Assembly: GCA_964016885.1 (NCBI GenBank)
Contig: OZ024747.1
Span: forward strand, 66,216,001 to 66,280,000
Length of the DNA: 64,000 nucleotides
Origin: Eledone cirrhosa
Lineage: Eukaryota
Direction of reading: 5' to 3'
The position numbers were made by a program, and so were the translations under genes. The notes beneath the pieces were generated by a model that worked only from the letters and a program-made list of their open reading frames with translations, ran no database searches and was not told the origin of the DNA. Positions 26,734 through 38,822 of this stretch are shown here, piece by piece; positions within the stretch are counted from its first letter, which is position 1, and each line of letters starts with the position of its first letter.

Positions 26734-28652
26734 CATACATATATAAATAAATATATATACGCGTGTGTGAGTGTGCATTCGCATGTAAATGTATGTATTG
26801 ACCGAAGTAAAATCCAGCTGTGATGTATAAACTATAAAACGGCTGTGTATGTGTTTATTTGTGTTTTGTTACCATTGCCGTCTATCTTGGTTGATGCAAT
26901 AAAAATTTCTGTGGGTGGTGTGAAACAAAATCGATATCTATAACGAGCTAAACCAATTAATACGATAACAAAAGTGTCATTAAGCAGCGTTGACCTCTGC
27001 TTAAACTGTATTTTCTCAATAAATCAAATTGGAAACATGAGAGAAGAACATTGAGAGTTCTCAAGTAGCACACACTCATTAAAATTCTTTCTCACTTTCT
27101 TAATACAAAACAACAGATTTGTCACGCTGTATTTGTGTGCACATGTACAAGTTGTTCTTCTGGCAAAACTTTTAACTTTGAAGACGTTGAATAAGATCTC
27201 TTCCGATTGCCTTTTATAATTGTCTTTCTTTCTCTCGGATTTTCAAAAGCAACTGAAGCGACATCTAGCTACGATTAATGATGGACATGGCCTTCTAAAA
27301 CGATGAAACGGTGTTACAGCCTTATTCAATCTTGCAGTAGAGTTCAGTTAATTGGATTCTATTGACAAAATTATCTCGCAGAAAATCAAATTTAACGCAA
27401 CTTTTAGATTGGCAGACCGAGGTGCTACCACACTTTCTATCAATCTACTGAAGGTTATTCTTTCTTTCTTTGTTTCTATTTAATATGGATGCATTTATCT
27501 GGGTTCAGTTTATGAATCTATCTAATATATTTTATTGATCTTTTTCCGTCGATATGTATATATGCAAACGAAAAACGATCCCTTCTAACAACCTCTCTAA
27601 ACAAATAAAATTCTCAGCACTCTGTCGATAATAACGGTAAAATATATTTATTTATTGTAGTTATGTGTTAAATTAAATAAACCGCAAAATCAAATATGTC
27701 GATGTGCGTTCGTATCATTCTCGCGTTTAGAAAGTGTTTTTAAGTTTTTAATATAAACGAATCACTACACAACGGCCCCTTAAAATCCCAAGTTCGGAGT
27801 GAAAAAGAATCGAAAAAAAATGAAAGTGAAGTGTTATGTTTTAAAATGTGCAGGTTCTAACATGTACCAGTTCAAACCTTTTCAGAAGTGTAGTGTTGAG
27901 CAGTTTTCTCTCTCAACTATTTTCACTTTCCATATTATTTCATATTATTTTTAATTCTTTCATCGCTTTCCCTTCTCTGTTTAGCTACGTTTATCACATT
28001 CTTCCTACTCTTATGCCTCACACACCGTCTTATTTTCTCTGTTCATTTCTCTTCTAGTGTTTCTGAACACATACATGCTCACCCCACCCCTACCCTTCAA
28101 CACGCACAAACACACATTGACATACACAAACACACATTGACACAGACAAACATACAGAAAACACTCACATCACATAAGTACACACAGAGACACACAAAGA
28201 CACGCACACACGTGCACATACACACACACACAAACACAGACGCATTCACCTGCGCAAATATTCACACGTAGACACACATACAACATACAAACAAACACAC
28301 ATACAAACATTACTAAGACACACACACTCATTCACACATACAAGCACACAGAGGCACTCAAATAGAAAGACAGAAAATATATAGAACTTTGTTCGTCTTT
28401 CAGAAATGTTAGCTAATTGGATTTTATTGACAGAATTATCTCGTAGAAAATTAAATTCCACGCAACTTTGAAGAACTTTAAAATTGGTCAACTCATGCAC
28501 ACTTCTAATATCATAGATGATGTTGTTCACTAGTCTAACGCAGAAGGTTGTCAAGACATACATGCATATATAACATCTACCGCTCTCTCTCTTTCTTTAT
28601 ATATATATATATTATACACACACACACAAACACACACATATATATATATTAT

Positions 28653-28699
<47 letters not shown>

Positions 28700-28700
28700 A

Positions 28701-29580
28701 GCCCACGGACTCCGAGAAATATTTTCCATTCAACTGATGCCACCCGAAGCACTTTAAAATTAATATCCCTTACAACCTAGCCAAAAGGATTTGTACAATA
28801 GTATCTGTTAGAAACACCTGTTACGTATGCAAGAACTGAGGGATACACTCATCAGCAGGAATTACCTGCCACCCCTAATTAACAATGGATTCCAACGTGC
28901 CCTAAAACTCAGTATCCAGGAACTTAGACACCCCAAACTAAAGGATGAATCCAAACTGAAAGCACTACCATACCTCTCCACACACAGCCCCCTAAACAAT
29001 GAGGCCTTCGAAACCATCCTATAGAACATTCTTTTACTAAAAAGGGATCATAGAATGAACCAAATCCTTCCAACACACAACATCATAAAGAGCAAAAGAC
29101 ATCCCAAGTCAATGAGAAATATCCTAACACTGGCCAAAGTCTACTCGACCACAACAACGAAGCCAACAGTAAAAAAATGCGGAAGACCCAACTGTGGTAT
29201 ATGCGTCAACCTAATAGAGGGATCTGAGTTCTGTTTCAAACAGGGTCAACGCTTTACGGTGAAAAACAATTTCACATGCGCATCAGAAAACCTGATTATA
29301 TGTATTAACTTGCTCAGGCTGTCGAGAGAAGTACATAAGACAAACTAAAAACAGTCTTCGTCAGCGTATGACCGTTCATAGATCCCAAATTAAAATACGG
29401 GAATACAGAAAAATAGCACTGAGTGAACACATTGACATCTGCGCCTTTAATGAACAACCCAACTTCAGAATTTACCCCTCTATAAATTTAAAGACAACGC
29501 TACCCACAATCAACGCATTAGCTAAAAATGATACTTTATCACAAAATACGAACTCCGTTTAATTCACCACAGACGAAAAC
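28701..29580 (+). mobile_element. Penelope-like element fragment (RT thumb, Cys linker, GIY-YIG endonuclease), disrupted
   Basis: CHPKHFKINIPYNLAKRICTIVS, KKCGRPNCGIC, FTCASENLI, RQRMTVHRSQI..ALSEHI. 5' end lies in (TA)n. Confidence 0.85.
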
Positions 29581-29728
29581 TGCAACAAGCACCCAACAGG
29601 AAAATTAAAGACACCAAGAGACAAATTAAGAACGACAGTATTTCCTACAGAAATACTGTCAATTTTAGGTCACTCTACCATTAAGGTCAGTCCCATGGAC
29701 AGCTTCTATTACTACTGTTACTAATAAT

Positions 29729-29918
29729 AATTGTTTCTACTTTTGGCACAAGGCCAGAAATTATCCCAGTGCATTACTGGTACTTTATTTTATCGACTCC
29801 GTAAGGATGAAAGGCAAAGTTAACCTCGGCGGGATTTGAACTCAGAATGGCAAGGGCCGTAACTCTATGCGTCAAAGCATGGCATCCGACCCTCTACTGA
29901 TACTGCCAACCCACTGCT
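29729..29918 (-). mobile_element. tRNA-derived SINE
   Basis: A box, B box, core and tail on the minus strand. Confidence 0.9.
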
Positions 29919-30187
29919 ACTAATAATAATATTACTACCACACCTCTCCGTCGTCTCCTTCTGCTTCTGCTTCTCCTTCTTCTCCTTCGTCTTTTTCTTT
30001 CTCCTTTACTATACCCCTATTATTACTACCATACCAAACAAGAGAGAGAGAAAGAGATAAACGAAAATGTGAACTTTAATATATATGTAAACTATGTTCT
30101 CTAATACCCTCTCAAACCGATACAAAATGTTTTGCTGCTATTCTATGAGAAAATCCTATTAGTATTTTCTACTTTTTTCTTATTTTC

Positions 30188-30244
<57 letters not shown>

Positions 30245-30393
30245 GCACAAGAGTGTTGTTTATCTTAGTTGTTACGTAGTAACCTCCTCATGATAAACAG
30301 TTCCTAGCGATCCAAAGCACTACACGTCAGTAGTTTATTTCTGGTAGGTGATAATGAGTGACGGAGTATTCATTTATTAAATAATTGTTTATT

Positions 30394-30444
30394 GCATTAT
30401 ATATATTTCTGTTACATGGTTATTCGTGTGACTTCGTCAGATTC
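30394..30444 (-). ncRNA. Hammerhead ribozyme, family C (left arm of an inverted repeat)
   Basis: Reverse complement of 30560-30610, with a stem I mismatch. Confidence 0.6.
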
Positions 30445-30559
30445 TTACGCAATCATTGGTGCACTTATACAATCATTGTAATATGCTAGTGGTCATGCAC
30501 GTCCATCCAATAGTGAAATAGTTAGGCATATGGATCTTCTGTACGTTAAAGATGCGTAA

Positions 30560-30610
30560 GCATCTGACGAAGTCACATGAATAACCATGTAACAGAAATA
30601 TATATAATGC
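30560..30610 (+). ncRNA. Minimal type-I hammerhead ribozyme, family C
   Basis: GCAT-CTGACGA-A-GTCACATG AATAAC CATGTAAC-A-GAAA-TATATA-TA-ATGC, followed by AATAAA. Confidence 0.8.
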
Positions 30611-30640
30611 AATAAACAATTATGATTATTTAATCCCGTC

Positions 30641-30708
<68 letters not shown>

Positions 30709-30987
30709 AATGACTTCTACGGGACTAGAACTGCCTCATAAGAATGAAACATTCCTAGTTCTGTAGAAGTCACTTCAGTGATATATAAAAAGAAAATATG
30801 CTCATTCTCTACTAACTGTGATATTTCCTGGTCGCCTTCGAGATACCATCCTTAATTATAAATATATTTATAGAACGTTTATCTATCAAACTGTCTAAAT
30901 GCTTGGTATCTGTCTAAATGTTTGGTATTCCTGTTATCTAAACTATAGTAAAGGAAGGTCTGCGGGATTGTATATATAATATATGTA

Positions 30988-31081
<94 letters not shown>

Positions 31082-31224
31082 TGTACTTATGTGCTAAACA
31101 AGTGGTAGGAAATGTGAAATATTGTGGCCACGACGCAGCTAACTATAATAATATTTGCTAATTATAAAGAATTTTTAATATTCAAATATTACTTATGGAT
31201 ATGTGCATTGTGGCGACATTATTT

Positions 31225-31316
<92 letters not shown>

Positions 31317-33163
31317 TCTCGTCTTATTAAATGTGTAATTAATCTGTGCGCCAAAAGAGAACATAGGGGCAGATTAGAGAATATAGACATAACATTTATA
31401 TCAACACACAGAAAAGATGCAATGTTCAGACAAATCACCAAGGCGACTAACATAAACGAAATCCAACCAAAATTAAACAGAAAACATGAGTGGAATGGCA
31501 ACATCACATCTAGTAATTAAGGAGAAAATGAAGACATACAGACGCACACAAAAACTAAACTAACAAAACAAATCAGACACACACAGATAGAACAAACAAC
31601 CTGCTAGTGACAAGTAAATAAACAGACAAATAAATAAACTCACGCACGCAGGTGTAACGCATGCGCGAACTTAGTACACAACACACAAAAACAAGATGGC
31701 GTAGGACAGAACAAACGAGACACAAAATAAAAACCTAGTCACTGAGGAGGTCACAGAATGTGTAACGAAAGAGCTTTGACAATATATAAACAACCATCCG
31801 ATTATCGAACCAACCAACCGGAAATTTATAATAAATTGAGGTGAAAACCAACAGGTGCGTGTGTTTTTATTGACAAAGTATGACAATATATCTAATATAT
31901 ATTTGTGAAATGGGCGGTGGTTGAAATTCAGATGTGCACGGTTAAATGGTAGTAGACGTGGTCGGACGGACAGGAAAATTTACACACATATGTAAAACGT
32001 GCCAAGGAAGCAAATGGATGAGGTTTCAAATCTCTAACTTGAAAAATGTGGTCCCTGGGGCTCCAAAACTATCGCGTTCGGTGAGTTATTTCCCCCTGTT
32101 CTAATACTTTTGTCTAAAAAAACATATCAAAGACAACGTTATTTCGCTGTTAATAAACTTTTGGCTACTACAGTACGTTTCATTTTCATTTTTAAAATAC
32201 ATTTGCTCTATATTAAATTTAAATAATTCTATAACGATCATACAATACTGTTTTATGAAATCGATTCTGCAGTAGAATTTTACGAAATGCCAAAACGAAA
32301 AAGGTAAACTGTTTTCTAACAAAAGAAATAAAACCCTTACATTGCGAACCCCCTGTTCTAATACTGGGGTTAGTTATTTCCCCCTCTTCTAATAAATATC
32401 TAATATATAGAGGCCCCTCTTGCTGACCAGGGCAATCAAAGTGTAAACTATCATACAGTACCGTTTTATGAAATCAATTCTGCAGTACCATTTTACGAAA
32501 TGCCAAACCGAAAACAGTCACTGTTTTCCATCAAAAGAAATAAAACCCTTAAATTGCGAAGAAGGGAGTCATGTTCTCAAGTACGTTTTTTCAGATATCA
32601 TTTTCATTTTATTTCTAATACATGTTAACCACCACTAACAGTAAGTAGTATTTTTCAATTCATTGTCTTATTTAAAATAACATATGAAAAACAACGTTAT
32701 TTCGCTGTTAATAAACGTTTGGCTACTACAAGCTTCCTTGGTTACGGAGAAAATCGATGAAACAGGAATTTCCCATTCAAATTGAACTGAGAATAATCTG
32801 TGAACGCAGAAGTATTTCGAGAAACGTTGCAACAGAACGAAAACAGGAAGACGATATTTTGGTTCGTGAAGACGTTCCCTGGCAATGAACAGGAAAAAAA
32901 CGAGGATAATACATCGTTATGTGGAACGTGAAGAACAATTTCATGCAAAGACAAGACCAAGTTTATGGTATAAATGGAGTCGTTACACTAATATTCTATT
33001 TAAAATAACAGAATGATTTCCAGCCCCGGAGTTTAAGAATGATGTAAATAAAATTGAAAACGAAAATGACAGAGGTTATTAAAATAGTAAAAGTAAATAA
33101 TGAAGATTTAGGCCAGTAGATACGTATGCCCCGACGGACATACACATACATACGCACACACAA

Positions 33164-33203
<40 letters not shown>

Positions 33204-33244
33204 ACATGCGCGCACACAAACACACACGAACGCACGCGCGTATG

Positions 33245-33726
33245 TATAAACCTTATGCATTTCTACAGTATTTTCACCAAACTTAAGACATAGGTTACTT
33301 ATGTACTCCGGATGGTCATGGGCACTGTCATTTTTCCAGATATTGATTATAGCCCCCCCCCCCCCCACACACACACACACACCCACCACCCCCACCACCC
33401 GGCAGATAACCCCTTTAACCACTTTAATCACTTCCTTGGAGTCGACTGAAGCACTGCAGTGCAATGCAACAAAACGTCATAATTTCTGGAGTTCGCAACC
33501 GATTTTCACAAAACTTGACACATGAGCTACGTTTGTCTTACAGATGAATGTGAACTCTCAGAATTGGCACATATTGGGTAGCGGACCCCTGGGGGAATGA
33601 ATCCCCTTTTGGAAAAAGCGGATGATTTTGTAAAAGTATAGTTTTCGAAGCAGCACTGAAGTATTGACATAAATGGTATACACAACTGCTATTTAATATC
33701 AGAGCAACGCCGGGTACCTCTGCTAG
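33245..33726 (+). mobile_element. Non-autonomous Helitron, 3' portion
   Basis: Ends GAGCAACGCCGGGTACCTCTGCTAG|T, the same 3' terminus as the Helitron at 61238-62187. 5' boundary uncertain. Confidence 0.7.
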
Positions 33727-34229
33727 TATATATATGCGTGTGTGTGTGTATGTATATTGACTTCGATATATATTCATGCGTGCATATATATCTTGTACCT
33801 TTTACTTTCATTCACCCCCTCTGCTAGTCACCCTCTTTCGGCTAGCCTCTTCCTCACACTTTCACTCACTCAGTCTCTGCTACTCACCCCCTCTCACTTC
33901 CTCCCGTGTGACCCGTGTGAAATTCTTTTCTCGCTCACATTTCGCTTGGCTTAGATGTGTCTGTCGTCTTCTCGTCAATGATTCGCTAGATCTTATGTTC
34001 ACACTTATCACTGACATGTTTTCTCATTTTTCCACTCTTTACGTTGCCTCACCATTCTTGTTTGTTTACATGTCTCTCTTTCTCCACCTAATTCTTTTTA
34101 TTCCAATAACTTATTTTAGTTATTGTTCGCGCTGGCCTGAGGTATCTGATCTTTAATGCGAAGAAATACCTATTATGGCCAGAAGATCATTGATGATGGA
34201 TAGTTCTGGCTTCTAGGTCTATTTTTTTT

Positions 34230-34345
<116 letters not shown>

Positions 34346-34530
34346 TTATATATTTATTAAAATAACAGATACATGTTTTGATATATATATTATCCTTATC
34401 GAGCCCACTTCGGATCTTAGTCTTCACATTTATTATTATTACTATTATTATTGTTGTGTGTAAACGGTAAACAGAAATAGCAACACAATCGGTACAGTAT
34501 ATGGAAGGAATATAGAATATATATATATAC

Positions 34531-34618
<88 letters not shown>

Positions 34619-34658
34619 ATATGTATGTATAGTTACTTAGATATATATTCATGCATGC

Positions 34659-34691
<33 letters not shown>

Positions 34692-36329
34692 CATATGTAT
34701 GTGTGTGTTTACGTACGTTTGTCATAAACTCATTAAGTTTTCTGAAAATGACATTATTCTTTCGAACGAAGAGACTAAATGTTTTTTCTATTTTTTAAAC
34801 ATTGTGTTGCTCTTCAAATTATTCCGTGAACGCCGTTGTTTGTTATTCTATGTTAAATCTCTGACAGCTCCCAAGTCTGTTTGTATTTTGGATTTAATGT
34901 TGTGTTTATTAAATGTCTTCCTTTGCTTTATCTATTGTGATTTTCTGATTTTGTTTTAAATATATTTTCCGTTGTTATCAGGGGCGGGTTTTATTATTTC
35001 TTTTTCGTATTTTCATGTCGTTTACTTCTATGTTTATATTTTATTCTAATTCAATTTGTTTTATCAATTTGATACACATTTATCATCATCTATTATACTA
35101 CCAGACACCCATACACACACACGCGCGCGCGCGCGCACACACACACACACACACACATATATACACACACTCACCCACTTCACTGCAAACGCTGTGAAAT
35201 CTAATTGAAAATAAACAAAATAAAAAGAAGTTATGTAAAATAAAATAAATCAGAAAAGAATACATTAAAATGAAGGAGAAACAAAGTCATAAAATTCCTT
35301 CGTTTTCCTTGGAATGTATCTAGAGTATTACTGAATATTTCAATAGTGTTATTCACATTACGACTGCTTCATTAAAACAGAAGACTCATCATTTAATCGT
35401 AATGTCTACATAATATATTCTGATATATCATCAATATAGGATTTTCTCTTTCGTACTTAATTCACCCAAACATTTGTGTTAAGAGAAAGAAAAGAAAACT
35501 ACATAATTTTCCCACCCGAATTGCACCCCAATCTTTGTTGCTAAAGCCTCTATTCAATCCCTCCAACCCGAATTGTACCCCTTTTGATGGTTTCACAACC
35601 TCTGTTTTCCCAACCTCGTTATTTTTGTCGTTTAGCCTCAGGTATTTCTGGGTTTCTTTTCTCTGCTGCTATTGCAATTGCCTCTACACCCAAGTGCAAT
35701 ATAACTCTCCTGATTTTATCACCTATGTCATGTCCTATTATTAGGTATTTAGTCAATTTGCAAGTTTGCTCTATTGTTAATTCCGGTTTATTTCGTACGA
35801 TTATTTGGTTCTGAAGAGTATATTCAGAACGTTTGGTAACCGTAATGTCACATCTAAAGTTCCTTTTTTTACTACTTTTAAGACCCGGATTCAGTCATGT
35901 GATCACTGGCCAGAATTTTCTTCTTGGCTAGTTCATACTTGGAGCGAATCGGAGCAACCGGCAAAATTTATTTTGTGATTAAATAGATAAATATTTCATC
36001 CATTTAGCTATTCCAATACTTTAGAATTTAATTGTAAATATTTAAAATTACAAATTTAAATTTTGAAGATCAACACAATGTGTATGGATAATGTTACATT
36101 GCCAAGATAACAAAAGAATCTTACCTGAGCAAATTTAACGATCGCAAATATTGTCCGGTTCAAAAACCCATTATCAAGGGAGTAACCCTATAAGAGACTT
36201 AAGAATCGATCGGATAGACTTGTCTGTATGGGAGCAGATTTAAGTGAAATGAAATGAAAGACGTTAGCTTTTTGTTAGGATAAAACTTCGATTCATTTAA
36301 AAGAATTAAAAACCCGTAACATTTTCGCG

Positions 36330-37400
36330 CTTTCATTCACCCACATAATGGGAAAGTTCTGTTTCCTCTCTACTTACTCGACTTTTTGCAACAAGAAGCT
36401 TCGAAAAGAAGAAAAATATTATCATTCTCAGGAAAGAGAAACCAAACCTTGAACTGAAAATAAAAACCAAAGTGGACAGCAAGGAATGTTATTGTTATTT
36501 TGATTCCAAGTATTATGAACAGTATATCCCATTTTGAAGAGATTGTTCTGGTTCCAATTTAATAACAGCTTTGACAAGACACAAAAATCTCAGAACCATC
36601 TAAATTCCGTAATTGCTTTGAAAACCTTTGATAACAAAAAGAATTGATACAGCCGTCGAACTCAGGAAAGCAGCTTCGATTTAGCTGAATTAATCGACAA
36701 AAATCATAATATATTGAAAAGGTTAATCCACTGTATTGAAAGTTTAGTCTGTCAAGAATGACAATTTCAAGGACACAATGAAACAAGAATCAAACAATAA
36801 GGGTAATTTTTAGGCTATATGTGAAACAGTAGCGGAAAACAATAATTGTTTAAGATCGCATTTAGATTTCGTGGAGAAAAATGTCAACGGCGCATTTTCT
36901 GAATTGTCAAGTTTTATTCAAAACAAGATAATTAATTTTATAATTGCTACAATTAAAGGTAAAATTAAGGCAATTATTGCTGTTATGTTTGATGAGGCTA
37001 CACATCCTCGAATGAAATCTCAAATGTCACGCATTTTGCGATTTGTTGATGAGAAGGAAAAGCCTCACGAAAACTTTTTAGGGATATGTTAGTAAAGATA
37101 GAAGAGCTGCATCACAGACAGAAGTTCGAAATTTGTTAATGAAAGGAATTTAACTGTGGCTAAACAAAAGGCTCAGCAAGAATAAAGAAGTTTTTTGGCT
37201 AATGTCATATTTGTACACTTTTATGCATATCCACTTAATTCAATACTCTTTCAATCAGATTCGAGTATTCGTGAATGTTCAAATTTAAAAAAAAATTCAA
37301 TTTTTTTCTTAAAGTCGACGGCTCGAATAGCACTACTAGATGAAATCGTTGGAAGGCTATTTCCAAAGTTACCTGAGATATATTGGAATAATTCATCTGG
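36330..37400 (+). pseudogene. Decayed hAT transposase (ZMYM1-like/DUF4371 type)
   Basis: FQGHNE..NKGNF, AVMFDEAT..KSQMSRILRFVD..ENFLG, and FVHFYAYPLNSIL (CxxH-LNL-like motif). Many stops and frameshifts. Confidence 0.75.
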
Positions 37401-37681
37401 ACAGGTATCTAGTTGGTCCGACAAAATTACTGTGTTTTCTCAGACGGAATCATCCGAACTCGCGATCTCTCCTCTACTTTCACTAATATTTCCACTTTGC
37501 ATCATACCATGTATCGAGTACTTCCCTGATTTGTGGTCTTTCCGGTCCCCATACAGCAGACGTGGAGTGCTTACGTATGTGTGCACTACAGCAAGTCGAT
37601 TGCTTGATCAACCAACACTTTTTACTTAGAATAATTATGTATATGTATATATATGTATATATAATAAAACAAGGGTATATG

Positions 37682-37771
<90 letters not shown>

Positions 37772-38328
37772 ACAATTATTGACACATAGTGCTGGGCCCA
37801 TGGTACCATGTGATGACAAGTGCAGAGAGATCTCCAGATACAAAGCAATGCCTGTGCCGTGAAGCTTTTATAGTGAGCAAAGGCACTGCACAAAGCCAGT
37901 CCCACTCTCTTAACCAAGATGATATTTACCAAAAAGAAGAACAAGTCAACATCATTGGATACCATCAGAGTTGCAGGTGTTATATCAGAGTTTTCCTTCT
38001 CCTAGAATTCTGCCTTGACAAAGGCTAAGGGGTCATCTCTTCCGGTGATTTTGGATGGCCATTGACTCTTAAGAGCTCCTTTGTCCTTTGACAGGTTTTA
38101 TTTTTAGTCCTGCAGGATGTCCAAAGTCACCCTCCTCACCAAGAAACCTTGGTGGGGTTGCCAGTTTAGTCGCCAACGACCCGACCATGCTACAGATTGT
38201 ACTGGGATAGATGTGAGTATATATATATATATATATACTCACATATGTATATATATATATATACATATATATATATGTATGTATATGTATATATATATGT
38301 GTGTATATATATATATATATATACACAC

Positions 38329-38359
<31 letters not shown>

Positions 38360-38392
38360 CATATATATATACATATACATACATATATATAT

Positions 38393-38423
<31 letters not shown>

Positions 38424-38502
38424 CACACACACATATATATATATATTCATATATATATATATATGGATGTGAGAAAAACCACAGACCCTCCATCTCAACT
38501 CA

Positions 38503-38540
38503 CCTTTTGAAAAGCAGAAGAACTGCGAAACCGGTAAAGG
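38503..38540 (+). ncRNA. 38-nt minimal hammerhead ribozyme with compensatory U3-A8 core
   Basis: CCTT-TTGAAAA-GCAG AAGAA CTGC-GAAA-CCGG-TA-AAGG, then AATAAA. Lies in a ~215-bp insert between (TA)n tracts. Confidence 0.75.
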
Positions 38541-38674
38541 AACCAAATAAATATATATATTTTTTAAAAAAATAAGACTCCAGTTGCATTTTCGATTTCA
38601 TCTCTTTTTCTTTATACTTTCACTCGTGTAGGACACCCCGGTTATTTTTCATTTTGTAAAAAAAAAAACCTCAC

Positions 38675-38724
<50 letters not shown>

Positions 38725-38754
38725 AGATCAAAAGATGGTTAAATGAGTTCCATG

Positions 38755-38822
38755 TATTTTATTATGCGCATTTCAAAAACAAATATCATGCAATAACATT
38801 TGTGTTTTCATCAGATAAAATA
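38755..38822 (-). ncRNA. Hammerhead ribozyme in the PLE 3' terminal repeat (family B)
   Basis: TATTTTAT-CTGATGA-AAAC..GTTTTT-GAAA-TGCGCA-TA-ATAAAATA. Confidence 0.85.

Noticed and set aside
34133-34181. Hammerhead-like TGGC-CTGAGGT..GAAA..TG-GCCA
   Set aside because: Core A9 and the cleavage triplet are wrong and stem II does not pair.
37788-38215. Possible HDV-like ribozyme in an RTE-type 5' UTR-like repeat
   Set aside because: Only a simple hairpin (CACCAAG/CTTGGTG) could be formed; I could not build the nested double pseudoknot by eye.
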